The notes: generated from the letters alone by a model not told the origin. DNA of 64,000 nt from an uncultured Methanosarcinaceae archaeon (GCA_963733675.1 CAVTET010000001.1:224001-288000), one strand, 5' to 3'. Shown: positions 12,341-24,402, counted from the first letter of the stretch. Translations and numbers: made by a program.

Positions 12341-13438
12341 ATGGCTGGAAACGTTTTTGGGCAGATGTTTCGAATTACCACATGGGGCGAATCACACGGC
12401 AAGGCTGTAGGAGTTGTGGTAGATGGATTACCTGCGGGACTTCCTTTTTCAGATATTGACATCCAGAAAGAGCTGGACAGAAGGCGACCTGGACAGAGTG
12501 AAGTTTCCACTCCAAGATGCGAGGCTGACAGGGTAGATATACTTTCTGGAATTTACGAAGGAGTTAGTACAGGCACTCCCATTTCCATGCTGGTATGGAA
12601 TGCAGATGTAAAGTCCTCGGCTTATGATGATATTAAAAATACTCCTCGCCCTGGACATGCTGATTTTACCTATATAGCACGCTACGGGATAAGGGATCAT
12701 AATGGAGGAGGTCGGTCTTCAGCCCGTGAAACAGTAGGCAGAGTTGCAGGTGGAGCCCTCGCAAAACTCCTGCTTTCCACATTTGGAATCCAGATTGCCG
12801 GACATGTGCTCGAACTAGGCGGAATTCGGGCAAAAACTCTTTCTTTTGAAGAAATACTTGAAAATGTAGAAAAAAACCATGTGAGATGTGCCGATCCAGA
12901 GGCTGCCAAAAAAATGCTTGAAAAAGTTGCAGACCTTAGGCTGAAAGGAGATAGTGTAGGTGGCATTGTCGAAGTTATTGCAAAAGGTGTTCCTGCAGGC
13001 TTAGGGGAGCCTGTATTTGATCGGCTGGATGCAGACCTCGCAAAAGCACTTATGAGTATTCCTGCAATCAAGGGCTTTGAAATCGGAGCCGGATTTGAGG
13101 CTGCTCAAATGCTTGGAAGTGAAATGAATGATCCCTTCCTAATTGAGGACGGAAAAATAACTTGTGTGAGCAATAATGCCGGCGGCATTCTTGGAGGAAT
13201 TTCAACAGGAATGGATATCGTTTGCAGGGCCGCAGTAAAGCCTACCCCTTCCATAGGAAAACTTCAGCAAACTGTTGACCTCACAGTCCGAGAAAATACT
13301 GAAATAATTATCAAAGGACGGCATGATCCTACAATCCCTCCACGTATGGTACCAGTTGCCGAAGCCATGATTGCCCTTGTCCTTGCAGACCACATGCTCA
13401 GAAGTAGCTTTATCAACTCCAGAACCCTGTTGAAATAG
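12341..13438 (+). CDS. aroC: Chorismate synthase
   Basis: [32 protein letters not shown] and GRHDP motifs. Confidence 0.98.
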   Translation: MAGNVFGQMFRITTWGESHGKAVGVVVDGLPAGLPFSDIDIQKELDRRRPGQSEVSTPRCEADRVDILSGIYEGVSTGTPISMLVWNADVKSSAYDDIKNTPRPGHADFTYIARYGIRDHNGGGRSSARETVGRVAGGALAKLLLSTFGIQIAGHVLELGGIRAKTLSFEEILENVEKNHVRCADPEAAKKMLEKVADLRLKGDSVGGIVEVIAKGVPAGLGEPVFDRLDADLAKALMSIPAIKGFEIGAGFEAAQMLGSEMNDPFLIEDGKITCVSNNAGGILGGISTGMDIVCRAAVKPTPSIGKLQQTVDLTVRENTEIIIKGRHDPTIPPRMVPVAEAMIALVLADHMLRSSFINSRTLLK

Positions 13439-13667
13439 ACGGATACAGTACAATATATATTGTAAGCAAACCTAAGGATCACTAGAGTGTGATAAAAAGC
13501 AAAATACTTGCTAAAATAAATCAAAGTTATGCAAGGCTCGATCTTATTTTCCATATTACTTATTTCCAACTAAAAATCTTATTTCTTTCGTCTCCGTAGC
13601 AAGCTGCAAGGTATTCAACTGGAATAAATCGTCAAAAATATTACTGTTGGAAACTCCATTCAGTAAT

Positions 13668-14216
13668 CTGAAAGAAACCCTTCTTCTTATTGATATCCAA
13701 AAAGACTATTTTCCAGGCGGCAAGATGGAACTTGTAGACATGAAAGAAGTAGTAAAATGGCAGCATAATTCCTAAAAACATTTCGTACGTCAGACAAGCT
13801 GATCTTCTTTATCAAACATTTGTCTAAGAGATCAAATGCTACTCTCTTTATACCCGAAACTCAGGGAATAGATTTTCATGCAAGCATTAGTCCTCTTCCA
13901 GAAGAAGCTGTCATTGAGAAATATTTTCCTAACAATTTTTTCCAGACCGAACTACTTTCCAAACTGAAAAAAACATATAACTAACCTTGTAATTTGTGGA
14001 TTAATGAGCCATATGTGTATAGACACGGCCGTCAGTGTTGCAAAAAAACTTGGATTCAAATATACCCTGATTGATGATGCCCATGCAGCACATAACTTTA
14101 AGTTTAAAAATTAACTGATGTCTATACATACTGTTTATGCAGCATTCATGCCGCACTGGATTGTATGTTTGTAGATGTCATGACTGCTGATGAGTACCTT
14201 TCTAGAAGCTTCCAAT
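13668..14216 (+). pseudogene. Isochorismatase/cysteine hydrolase pseudogene
   Basis: LLLIDIQKDYFPGGKMEL, EKYFPNNFF and ICGLMSHMCIDTAV fragments in shifting frames. Confidence 0.8.
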
Positions 14217-14759
14217 TTTGAGATACCCATTTTTGGAAGTGTTCCTTTTTCTGATTCTAATTCATTTGGATCGATCAAAATACCAAAAAGTGGATACGAT
14301 TCCAAAATCCAGTGAATTCACTATTTTCTTTTAACTGATCTTGACTTCACTATAAATTAATTTAATCACTTTGCTAATTTCATCTTATAAAGGAACTACA
14401 AAACTATTTTTTACGTCCTCATTCCTATTGTATTTTTAAAAATGAAATAAACTATCTTTAGGACAGGTTATATCCCACCTAATATCGAGCCTTAATCAAG
14501 GAAAATAGAAACCTTTACTGACTTTTTTCGATACATAGTTTTTGCGATAAAAAACCTATGTATTTCTCAGTTTGCAGGTGCAGTGTGTCAATTTTTCTGT
14601 AAAATCATAAATCTGAAGAAATTATTGGGTAGAAAATTCTACATAGAAAGGACAAAATAACAAACAGTATTCAAAAATTTGACCCAGAATTTACAGAACT
14701 TGCGGTACACGGCTAGCCAAATACAAAAATAACTTAATTTATTGTACGATTTTTTTTCA

Positions 14760-15140
14760 CTTGGGATGCTCTATGAGCCAGACCGGGTTTCCATATAGAT
14801 CTACAATACGCGCCTGGAGACCTAAAGGCGCCTTTCTCGGTTCCATTATGATCATTACACTGTTCGATTTTAGTTCATCACACGTCTTCTTACAATCATC
14901 GACTTTAAACATCAAGCCGAGGGTTTTACCTATAGTCCAGCCTGCAGCTTTGATGCGGCTTCACCATTCATTTCAGCGTTTGGCACATTGAGAATTATTT
15001 CAGTACCCTGGTCTTTTGGAGCGATGGACAAAAAACGTCATCCTGATGTCGGGTTAACAAATGTGATTTTTACAAATCTAAGTTAATTTGTATAAAGTCA
15101 AGATCCTCATCATAATCTTTGACAAATAGCATAACATGTG
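14760..15140 (-). pseudogene. VOC/glyoxalase-family pseudogene
   Basis: Minus strand gives MFKVDDCKKTCDELKSNSVMIIMEPRKAPLGLQARIVDLYGNPVWL; the upstream part is broken. Confidence 0.6.
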
Positions 15141-15649
15141 TTATGTTTCGATAATCTACACACCTAAATGCAGATTGTTTAAATTCACAAATTATTTGAT
15201 TATTCGTTATTATTTTAACTCTGCGATTCATTTGACAGTATACCAAAAGTTCTGTGAAATATGATTGGTTCTAAATTCCTTTTTTTCGCAACAAAAAAGA
15301 ATTCAGAGTTAAGTGTTATTCTGGCAAATTTTTTTCTTTCTTTTTTTACTTATGAATAAATTTGTTGTGTCTAAAACCTATGTTTTTTTATTTTTCAGCC
15401 AAAATTATATTACATTTTTACCTGATTATGAAGGATATATATTGTTTTTATTAAAATACGCGTTCTATTAAAAAACCAAAAAATTGCTATATTTATCTTG
15501 CAAGGGACAAAAATAAATGAAAATTAAGTAACTATTTAACCTACAAAGCGGATTCATTTAATTTATTTAAAGCAGTTCCTTTATTGAACCAAACTAATGA
15601 ATTATTCGGGCCAATTTCAGTTGCTTTGTCATAAAGGTTATTGGTTTTG

Positions 15650-16777
15650 TCATATGTCTCTATTGGCTTTGTCAAAGGCTTCTAGTGCTTCATTTGGTCT
15701 ATTTAATTTAGTTAGAGCAAGTCCTTTATTGTACCAAGCATTTGAATGCTGCGGATCAATTTCAATTGCTGTGTCATATGCTTTTATTGCTTCATCGAAC
15801 TTGCCTAATTTCCCTAAAGCAACTCCTTTATTGTTCCAAGCTGCTGAATACTGCGGGTTAATTTCAATTGCTTTATCATATGCTTTTATTGCTTCACCAT
15901 GCTTACCTAAATCAACTAAAACGCTCCCTTTATTGTACCAAGAATCTGAATCATTTGGGTTAATTTCAATTGCTTTGTCATATGCTTTTATTGCTTCATC
16001 AGATTTGCCTAATTTCGCTAGAGTTGTTCCTTTATTTTCCCAAGCGTTTGAATCTAGCGGGTTAATCTTAATTGCCTCGTCATATGTTTTTATTGCTTCA
16101 TCTAACTGATTTAATTTATGTAGAGCAAGTCCTTTATTGTACCAAGCATCTGAATCCTGAGGATTAATTTCAATTGCTTTGTCATAGGCTGTTATTGCTT
16201 CATCGGATTTATTTAGTTTATATAGTGCACGTCCTTTATTGTACCAAGCTGCTGAATACTGTGGGTTAACTTCAATTGCTTTGTCAAATGCTTTTATTGC
16301 TTCGTCGAATTCATTTAGATCATCTAGAGCAAGTCCTTTATTGTTCCAAGCCATTGAATATTGTGGATTAATTTCAATTGCTTTGTCATATGCCTTTTTT
16401 GCCTCATCGGATTTATTTAAATTATCAAAAGCAATTCCTTTATTGTACCAAACATCTGAATCATTTGGGTTAATTTCAATTGCTTTTTCATAAGCTTTTA
16501 GTGCTTCATTGAACTTGCCTAATTTCCCTAAAGCAACTCCTTTATTGTACCAAGCATCTGAATCATTTGGATTAATTTCAATAGCTTTTTCATAGGCTTT
16601 TATTGCTTCATCGGATTTATTTAAATGATCGAGAGCAACTCCTTTATTGTACCAAGCATCTGAATCATTTGGGCTAATTTCAATTGCTTTTTCATAGGCT
16701 TTTATTGCTTCATCGAATTTACTTAATCTACCTAGAGAATCCCCTTTATTTGTCATGCTTTTCTCCATACTTTCCAA
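15650..16777 (-). CDS. TPR-repeat protein (about 11 repeats), apparently frameshift-eroded at both ends
   Basis: 34-aa repeats AWYNKG..L..L....EAIKAYDKAIEINP; further TPR sequence continues in another frame after the stop (about 15541-15640). Confidence 0.85.
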   Translation of the reverse strand: MESMEKSMTNKGDSLGRLSKFDEAIKAYEKAIEISPNDSDAWYNKGVALDHLNKSDEAIKAYEKAIEINPNDSDAWYNKGVALGKLGKFNEALKAYEKAIEINPNDSDVWYNKGIAFDNLNKSDEAKKAYDKAIEINPQYSMAWNNKGLALDDLNEFDEAIKAFDKAIEVNPQYSAAWYNKGRALYKLNKSDEAITAYDKAIEINPQDSDAWYNKGLALHKLNQLDEAIKTYDEAIKINPLDSNAWENKGTTLAKLGKSDEAIKAYDKAIEINPNDSDSWYNKGSVLVDLGKHGEAIKAYDKAIEINPQYSAAWNNKGVALGKLGKFDEAIKAYDTAIEIDPQHSNAWYNKGLALTKLNRPNEALEAFDKANRDI

Positions 16778-18475
16778 TTTTCATTTGCATTGATATCGTT
16801 GTTTGTTTTCAGTTCATTAATTGTCAAGAATCCATCTTGCAAGTGATAAGGCGAATAATTTTCTGAAAACGTTTCACTGAAGCATTTTGATATTCTTTAC
16901 AAATTTATCCACTCTGTGGACGATATAGTGATTACCTTTAAATCGTATATATATTGTATTATATTATTGGGATTTCTTGAAATGGACAATTCGAAATTAT
17001 CGAATATGCAATTTAGCTCCTTTTGTGGGATCTTAGAGAATATATTCTCGGTCATAGATCCTGCAATTCTACTCAAAGCTGTCAATGCATCATATGGAAA
17101 AGGTATCCAAGCTAAACTTATCAGTTCTCTCTATACGTAGAGTAGGATTCATCAGTTTTGTAAATTCCCACAGCTCGAATATCAGATTCGCAAATGAATT
17201 TTCGACAATGAGATATATCCGAATCTTTGTTTTTGGTAATCATAGGACCGGATCTAATTAAATTTGAACTATTCGACTTTTAATATCTGAAGGCTTTTCA
17301 TTTGTTTGTTCTCTTGGAAGAAAATATTGTGGGATAAGGAAGTTTTTCAGGTAAATTATTATTTATAAGATAATGGTTATCTGCCTGAAAATGTAGAATG
17401 CAAAGAAATGAATCGAAGAAGTAGCCATTTTTTGAAAAATGATCCATGAGTGAACTATATAACTATATTCATTTAAATACATCTACAATTATTTGCTTTT
17501 CAAATTAGTGGTGCTTATCCAACTTATACAGTATTTGCGCTAAATTTTGATATTTTGATCAAAAATGAATCAATGTGTAAGGAACCCACAAATGTTGTGA
17601 CTATAATTACACAACTTGATTAATTTATAACAAAAGTTTAATATGTTCCAATGAACCAAATTAGATTGATGAATACTTCCCATCAAATGCAACGATTTTA
17701 GGGTCTTTCTAATCGATAACATTGGTAAACGAGTTGAAATACGTGATAAGTAAACATAAATTGTATTCAATAGCCTTAGTTACAATAAGGTTAATTTTTA
17801 TGCTGAGGATATACAGATTCTGCGCAATATACATATATTACTAACTCTGGAAGCAAAATATCTCTAGTTTAAATAAGTCTGATGAAACAATACTAATTGA
17901 TATACTGAAGATTTGATATCAGAAAACGCTCAGATAGTAATGGAACAATAATCAAAAAAAGATTAAGAGGTATAAAGTTTTGTAAAATATGATTGACTAT
18001 GTATCCTTTTTCATTCAGCTCAAAAAACAGGGTTTATTGTTTATTGATGCATAGGTTTTTTAAGGTAAAACATATATATTTACTCTACGTTGACTTCTCA
18101 TCACCATTTCTTTTGCACTTTTAACCCTTAACTTTCACAAGTTTAAAAATATAATAGAAACACAGAATCTGTTGATTTTAAACAAACTACTTCTTTTTCA
18201 ATCTAATTTTCTTTATAGTTTTGTGCTGTGTGTTGTATATCCATTACAAATAGTCTCTGCTTACTTAATTTGATTACTTAAAGCATTAATTGTATCACTT
18301 GCTGTATCAATAGGTGTCCACTCGTTTGGTTGAATACTCCATCCTTGTACATTTCAAACTGAGAATTTTAAGAAATTCATCGATTGAGTTATCGGGTTGG
18401 TTACAAATGTTACTCCACATCCATAGGGTTGGACTCTAAATACTTGGATTATAACTCCAAATCTGCAAATTTAAT

Positions 18476-18742
18476 TCAACATCCACGACTTGTGACTATA
18501 CAGTTACAGTTTGAGTATCCATGTCCATAGTTTGAAAATCCATATCTAAAATTTGGATCGCCACAGCCACATGTTTGATCTCCATATCCACATGTTTGAT
18601 CTCCACAGCCACATATTTGTTCTCCACAACCACAGGTTTTGTCATCATGGTTACATGGCTTTGCGTCTACGATATTCACAAGCATTAAAATCATAGCTGT
18701 TGAAACTAAGGCTATTTTATATAACTTATGTTTACTTATCAT
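18476..18742 (-). CDS. Small secreted Cys/Gly-rich repeat protein
   Basis: RBS GGAGA, hydrophobic signal peptide ending VDA, and four 7-aa CG(C/Y)G(D/E) units from 21-bp DNA repeats. Confidence 0.65.
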   Translation of the reverse strand: MISKHKLYKIALVSTAMILMLVNIVDAKPCNHDDKTCGCGEQICGCGDQTCGYGDQTCGCGDPNFRYGFSNYGHGYSNCNCIVTSRGC

Positions 18743-19397
18743 GTATTTTCTCCCTTTTAGATATGTTTTACCATATTTACTCCTGGAAAATTTAGATATA
18801 TTTCCCCTAAATAAATGAGGAAATAAATTGTTCTAAAAGTATATTGATTATTATATATATAGTCAAATATGTATCTAGATTAGAGATATGTCTTCTACAG
18901 TATCATATATAGGTATAAATATATAAAGGAAATCGAATTTATTCTTCTGAATATAAATACCGAGGAAATATACAAATACATGGCAAAATTAGAATATAAT
19001 AAATATATATATTTTATAATATCTGCTAATACTTAGAGATTATATTTAAGCACAAAATAACTCGATTTAGTCCTATTTTGTAATAGTTATTTATTTTGTA
19101 GACTTATAACTTTATTTGAATAGGATTTTCAAATTTAAGTCTCTCTACTTTTCCATATAGACTCAACCTTGTAGCACTGAAAAGTATTAACTCCTGAGGA
19201 CCTATAACTCTCTGATCTCGTGGGGCTATACTGATCATAAAGTGCATCTGGAGTGGTTTTAGCAAAAGCTTATGTTTTGTATTGAAATCTAAGCATTTTT
19301 TCTAATATTGGGAAGTTAATCCTGAAAGCATTAACTACTTAATAATTGACGATTGATCTTTAAACTAAGTATTGTATTAACAGGCCGCCACTTTTCG

Positions 19398-19549
19398 GAT
19401 TCTGTTGCAAAAAATCTGACTTTTTAAAAAAAATCAGTGAAAAGCATCACAATTAGGAAAGTTAATTACTCTTCATTCAGGCGAAAATGACACATAAAGG
19501 TGAAAATTATAGTGTCAAATTGCAGAAATATTATTTTTGCAACGGAACC
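19398..19549 (+). mobile_element. IS6-type MITE, divergent copy
   Basis: Ends GATTCTGTTGCAAAAA and TTTTTGCAACGGAACC; interior alignable with 57651-57800. Confidence 0.85.
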
Positions 19550-19775
19550 TTCAAAAGTCATGCAAATTATAAAAAGTACTATAGCAAGATAAATCTTTAA
19601 ACAATACCCTGAAATCAAAAAACAGCTTTAGGGTGGTGAACTGTGGAGTGATGGAGGTTACATTGGAACTATAGAAGATGGAACAACTTCAGATGTTATC
19701 AAAAACTATGTTGAAAATCAGGGAAACAGGGAAGAAAAAGAAGCATATCAGCAAATGAAAATACTCGATTTTTAA
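19550..19775 (+). mobile_element. IS200/IS605 TnpA C-terminal remnant
   Basis: Translates as ...IFKQYPEIKKQL*GGELWSDGGYIGT...VIKNYVENQG. Confidence 0.8.
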
Positions 19776-20146
19776 TAGCCATTACAACCAGAGCGGTGGC
19801 GCGACTTTGATTTGATTTTGTTTATATTTTAGTATTGCTCAACCATACATTCTCAATTAGCTGTAACTGTCTTTAAAATTAAAGATTAATGAACGAGGAG
19901 AGAAAAAATAAGTTAAAATAAAGAAATTAGTGGAAAAGATTTGGATAAGATTCCAGCGGGAAAAAATCCGAGGTAACTCGAAATCTTCTGTAAAATATCT
20001 CTGTAAAAGATATTATTTATGATCTAATGCTATTTATGTAATTAATAAATTTGCAACGTGTAATTCGGCATTTTTATTGAGATAGAGCTGAAGCTAGGGC
20101 TGAAGTTGGAACAGTCGTGTAAAAGCTACTTAAGGTATTAAGAGTA

Positions 20147-20482
20147 TTAAAGGGTATTAGGGTAGCTAGGGTAATTAGGGTAGCTAGGGTAATTAGGGTA
20201 GCTAGGATAACTAGGGTAATTAGGGTAGCTAGGGTAATTAGGGTAATTAGGGTAGCTAGGATAACTAGGGTAATTAGGGTAGCTAGGATAACTAGGATAA
20301 TTAGGGTAGCTAGGGTAATTAGGGTAGTAAGAGTATCCATAGGGATAACCATAATTCCAACCCCCCCCATATCCCAAGCCACCACGTGAACTAGCTACCA
20401 CTGCTGTCAACGATACTACAAAAAGGACTGCCAGCAAAATAGCTAACACCTTTTCCATTCTACCAGATAGTTGTTTCAACAT
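20147..20482 (-). CDS. Secreted Tyr-Pro repeat protein (YPN/YPS x19)
   Basis: RBS GGAGTG, signal peptide, Gly/Tyr linker and 19 tripeptide repeats. Confidence 0.75.
   Translation of the reverse strand: MLKQLSGRMEKVLAILLAVLFVVSLTAVVASSRGGLGYGGGWNYGYPYGYSYYPNYPSYPNYPSYPSYPNYPSYPSYPNYPNYPSYPNYPSYPSYPNYPSYPNYPSYPNTL
20156..20326 (+). repeat. 9-bp minisatellite (ATTAGGGTA / GCTAGGGTA / ACTAGGATA)
   Basis: 19 units visible directly; more degenerate units extend past the stop codon. Confidence 0.95.
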
Positions 20483-20679
20483 TTATTTCACTCCATTTTT
20501 ATTAGGGATTCGCACAATTTTTAAGATTAATTGTATAAACATCAGGTTATAATTAAACCAATATATAGTTTACTAATATATATACTAATTAATGTTATAA
20601 TTAAGATATAAAACATTTACATAACCTTCTATACATTGAATGTTTCAGAGTTTAAATTCGTTAACAACAATTTTTACTT

Positions 20680-20775
20680 ATGAAAACTCTTACTGATTTT
20701 GCTCTTGAAGAAGAATACAAATGTCTTCAGTCAGTTGGAGACAAAGTTGTTAAAATTGATTCTTTAATTGAGTAG
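20680..20775 (+). mobile_element. IS5-family transposase N-terminal fragment
   Basis: MKTLTDFALEEEYKCLQSVGDKVVKIDSLIE resembles the N-termini of Methanosarcina IS5 transposases. Confidence 0.55.
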
Positions 20776-20789
20776 AACTCAAGTAAATT

Positions 20790-21400
20790 ACCGAACAGTA
20801 GAACACTGAATCGACAAGTACACTAACATAATGAAAGCTTATGTAGGTAACCTGAAGTCACATGTCAATCAAAAGTAAGGAGCTAACGAAGTTTATGTAA
20901 AGATCAAAGGTGACATGAAATACTTTTAGCTTTATGGATGATGAAACTTGATACTGGATTGCTCAGAGAGTTGTAGTCAGTAAGCAAAAACAAGATGCAG
21001 GAAAAATATCCCACAAAGGCGGCGAGATTACAGGACAGGCACCAGAGACTCTAATCACTGATAGCCAGCCAATTTATCAGGATGCATTCAATAGAGAGTT
21101 TTACACAAATACGAAGCCCCAGTCTCAATACATCCTATGAAGTTAATAGGGCATGAAAATACTGCAAACAATAATAACATGTAAAGAATTAATGGAGAGA
21201 TCAGAGATAGAGACAACACAACGAGGAGATTGAAGATTAAGGGAACTTCTATTCTTAAAGTTATGCAGCTATGTCACTAAAGTATAAGACCACATGAAGA
21301 ATTGGAAGGAAAGATACCCGCTGAAGCTTGTGAGATTGAGTTGAAATGTGAAATAAGTGCTAACCCTTATACAGAATTTGAGTATGCAGGCAAAAACCAC
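20790..21400 (+). mobile_element. Degraded IS6-like DDE transposase
   Basis: RANEVYVKIKGDMKY, MDDET*YWIAQ and NNNM*RINGEIRDR fragments with many stops. Confidence 0.65.
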
Positions 21401-22541
21401 TTAATAATTTATTTTATCATTTCTTCTTTTTTAGTGCGTATCTAAAATTAACCAGAGATTACTAGTATTAAACTAAATTAAAAATTACTGCTTTTAGTTT
21501 TTCCCTCACTTCCATTGGCTTCAATAAATTATCGATTTATGTTTCAGACATTTCTAAAGGCTCTCCTCTATCCGGAATTTTAAAGATATGAGGTTTGCCA
21601 CCAACATAAATGTTTATATTGCATCTCTCTATCAACTGTAAAACGAATGCGCATAAACTAACCACTTATCTATAGTTATGTCTGAATAATACGCAGCTTT
21701 TAAGAACAAGAGCGCATGAAATCGGTCATTCCCTATTATCTCAAAAGTCTTCCTTTCTTCATCAATTCATGTATTGAATATACGGACTAAATTAGCATGA
21801 TTTGTAGGCATTTTAATGCAATATAAAACCTCAAAATTAGTGTCTATTCACTTGAGATATTATTTTTTCAGCTCTGCATCAGAATTTTCTAAAAAAAGTG
21901 CAAAATCTTCCCAATTTTTGTTTTTGTCTCCATTGATTAAATAATTATTTATATTGGATATAGAGATTTATCCATTAAACTAGTCGCTCCAGAATATCAC
22001 AACTATAAAATGAGGTAATGAATAAATTATTTTCTTTTCTTCCGACTATTTAGTACCTCTGATTACTCTTCTATTGCCTTCTAACACAACACCATCTTTG
22101 CATAGGATACAAATTATTAATGTCATTAGATGGTCAGTTAAGTAATTATTTGATTTTATCATTTCTTTATAATTTCACTGGGTTTAAAATCATTCAAATT
22201 ATGTTTTAACACCATAAATTCAAAATTATTTTGATATTTTAAAAGTCATCACACCTACCATATGCCTTGCAGTTTCTCAGCAAAATCCCCCGAGTTTTTG
22301 CATCCCTATTTCTAAGAGAGTATCCCCCTAGACTCCACAGAACCGATGCACATAATCTTTATGTACTAGAAATGTTATTCAGAACATACCAATTCCGACT
22401 GATCACTTGATTTTTAATTCATCATTTCTAAGCTTAATGTTTTCGAATAGACACTATAGAAATGTTCGAACGTGATAGGGAGTTTTTCCCGCGTGAGTAA
22501 GGTTTATAATACAAATTACAAATCTTGCGGAGGAACATACA

Positions 22542-22922
22542 TTGGGTAAAAAATCGCTGATAAAACTTACGAGAAAAACAAATCCAAAAATCGTTTCCCT
22601 TATTCTTAACCTGAAAGATAGGGCAAATATAGATGATGCGCCAATCTGGAAGGATATCGCGAAACGTCTTGAGATACCGTCTAGGAATTATCCAGCTGTG
22701 AACATAAGTAAAATCAACAGGCATACTGCAAATTATGACGTTCTGCTTATCCCAGGAAAAGTTCTGGGCGCTGGTCTCATTGATCACCCTGTAACTGTTT
22801 CGGCTGTAACCTTCAGTGGATCAGCAATTAAAAAAATCACTGAAGCCGGTGGCAAATGTCTGAGTCTCGAAGAGATTATGGAAGCAAATCCAAAAGGGTC
22901 CAGTATTAGGATTTTTTGTTGA
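22542..22922 (+). CDS. rpl18e: 50S ribosomal protein L18e
   Basis: [22 protein letters not shown] and IPGKVLG motifs; TTG start after GGAGG. Confidence 0.95.
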   Translation: MGKKSLIKLTRKTNPKIVSLILNLKDRANIDDAPIWKDIAKRLEIPSRNYPAVNISKINRHTANYDVLLIPGKVLGAGLIDHPVTVSAVTFSGSAIKKITEAGGKCLSLEEIMEANPKGSSIRIFC

Positions 22923-22934
22923 GAGGTTTAGAAG

Positions 22935-23357
22935 ATGAAGGTTATCGATGCAAAAGGGCTTATTTTGGGACGTCTGGCAAGTAAAGTTGCAAAGCAACTA
23001 CTTTTGGAAGACAAAAAAATATATGTTGTGAATGCCGAAAAAGCTGTAATTTCTGGCTCAAAGGCAACCACCCTTAAAGAATACATGGAAACTCTGAAAA
23101 GGGGTGCTACAGAGTTTGGGCCCTATTTCCCCAAGCGTCCAGATCGCATTCTGAAGAGAACTATTCGTGGAATGTTGCCTTATAAGAGAGCTAGAGGCAG
23201 GGATGCAATGTCCAGGCTCAAAGTCTATGTAGGTGTTCCCTACGAACTCAAGAGCGCTGAACTGAACACCATTGAAGATGCCGATATGAGGCTTCTGAGT
23301 TCTAATAAATATATCGAACTTGGTGAAGTGAGCCAGAAAATGGGTTCAAAATTCTAA
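22935..23357 (+). CDS. rpl13: 50S ribosomal protein L13
   Basis: [13 protein letters not shown] and RTIRGMLP. Confidence 0.97.
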   Translation: MKVIDAKGLILGRLASKVAKQLLLEDKKIYVVNAEKAVISGSKATTLKEYMETLKRGATEFGPYFPKRPDRILKRTIRGMLPYKRARGRDAMSRLKVYVGVPYELKSAELNTIEDADMRLLSSNKYIELGEVSQKMGSKF

Positions 23358-23370
23358 AAGGTGAGTCCTC

Positions 23371-23775
23371 ATGGTCAAAGTAGTTAATTCATCTGGAAAG
23401 CATAAGACCGCAACTGCACGTGCAACAGTCACGAAGGGAAATGGGAGGATCAGGATCAATAAAATTCCACTCGAGTTATACACCCCAGAGATTGCAATGA
23501 TGAAGATCTCCGAACCTTTGATGATCGCAGGAAATGAGATTGTTTCAGGGATTGACATCAATGTAGATGTTCGAGGCGGTGGAATTGTTGGGCAAGCTAA
23601 TGCGGTGAGAACAGCTGTTGCTAGGGGTATCGTGGAATGGACAAATGATACAATTGTCAGAGACAACTTCGCAAATTATGACCGAAGTTTACTTGTGAGC
23701 GATTCCAGGCAAAAAGAATCAAAGAATTTTGGTGGACCTGGAGCAAGGGCTAAATATCAGAAATCTTACAGGTAG
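23371..23775 (+). CDS. rps9: 30S ribosomal protein S9
   Basis: GGGIVGQA and [13 protein letters not shown]. Confidence 0.97.
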   Translation: MVKVVNSSGKHKTATARATVTKGNGRIRINKIPLELYTPEIAMMKISEPLMIAGNEIVSGIDINVDVRGGGIVGQANAVRTAVARGIVEWTNDTIVRDNFANYDRSLLVSDSRQKESKNFGGPGARAKYQKSYR

Positions 23776-23779
23776 AACT

Positions 23780-23968
23780 ATGATTCCAGTCAGATGTTTC
23801 TCATGTGGGAAAGTAATCTCTAACTATTGGGATGAGTACAAAAGACGCGTCAACGATGGAGAAGAAGGGGCCTTAGTACTGGATGATCTAGGGATCACAC
23901 GCTACTGCTGTCGCAGAATGATCTTAAGCCACGTCGAACTTGTTGATGTGCTTTCACCATACCAGTAA
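23780..23968 (+). CDS. rpoN: RNA polymerase subunit N (Rpo10)
   Basis: [10 protein letters not shown] and RYCCRRM. Confidence 0.97.
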   Translation: MIPVRCFSCGKVISNYWDEYKRRVNDGEEGALVLDDLGITRYCCRRMILSHVELVDVLSPYQ

Positions 23969-24043
23969 GGGACCGTAGGGTAGCTTGGTCCATCCTTCGG
24001 CGTTCGGGACGCCGGAACCTGAGTTCGAATCTCAGCGGTCTCA
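23969..24043 (+). tRNA. tRNA-Pro(CGG)
   Basis: Acceptor GGGACCG/CGGTCTC, anticodon arm CGGCG-TTCGGGA-CGCCG and T loop TTCGAAT. Confidence 0.95.
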
Positions 24044-24155
24044 TTTCCCTGTTTAAAGGGTACTGGTTTTCAGTCATGTATATGCTAAAATCAAATATGT
24101 CATACTTTTAGATTAGTGAACTTCATCTGTGCATTTTGAGTTCCAGGGTGATCAG

Positions 24156-24338
24156 TTGGTCAAGGAAATATATACTAGGTTCGAACGTGCGCGTATTGTA
24201 GGTGCAAGAGCGTTGCAAATTGCAATGGGAGCTCCTGTCCTTATTGAAGACGATGGACGGCTGGATCCTCTGAATATTGCTATTGAAGAATTGAAAGCCG
24301 GAGTTATTCCTATTACAGTCAAGCGTAAAATCAATTGA
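24156..24338 (+). CDS. rpoK: RNA polymerase subunit K (Rpo6)
   Basis: [22 protein letters not shown]; TTG start after GGTGAT. Confidence 0.95.
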   Translation: MVKEIYTRFERARIVGARALQIAMGAPVLIEDDGRLDPLNIAIEELKAGVIPITVKRKIN

Positions 24339-24402
24339 AAATTATGTGGAATTCTTTTTAATATATTGGATATTTTTTTATTCTATTTTATGAGGTGACT
24401 TT

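Noticed and set aside
13590-13628. Short GC-rich motif (similar one at about 8040-8075) as a riboswitch or sRNA
   Set aside because: Resembles degenerate IS200/IS605 terminal hairpins.
16897-17270. Protein-like broken frames (also 21440-21935 and 47240-47520)
   Set aside because: Probably pseudogenes, but no family could be assigned from sequence alone.
20156-20326. Telomere or eukaryotic contamination
   Set aside because: The period is 9 nt rather than 6, and the repeat is in frame within an archaeal-type gene.
20074-20385. ORF with (LATLIT)n repeats
   Set aside because: Alternative frame of the minisatellite; the YP frame has the RBS and signal peptide.
23773-23775. TAG stops of rps9 and aroC as recoding sites
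   Set aside because: Both fall at the expected C-terminus of the protein.
23895-24077. ORFs antisense to tRNAs (also 39695-39889)
   Set aside because: Shadow ORFs of tRNA genes.
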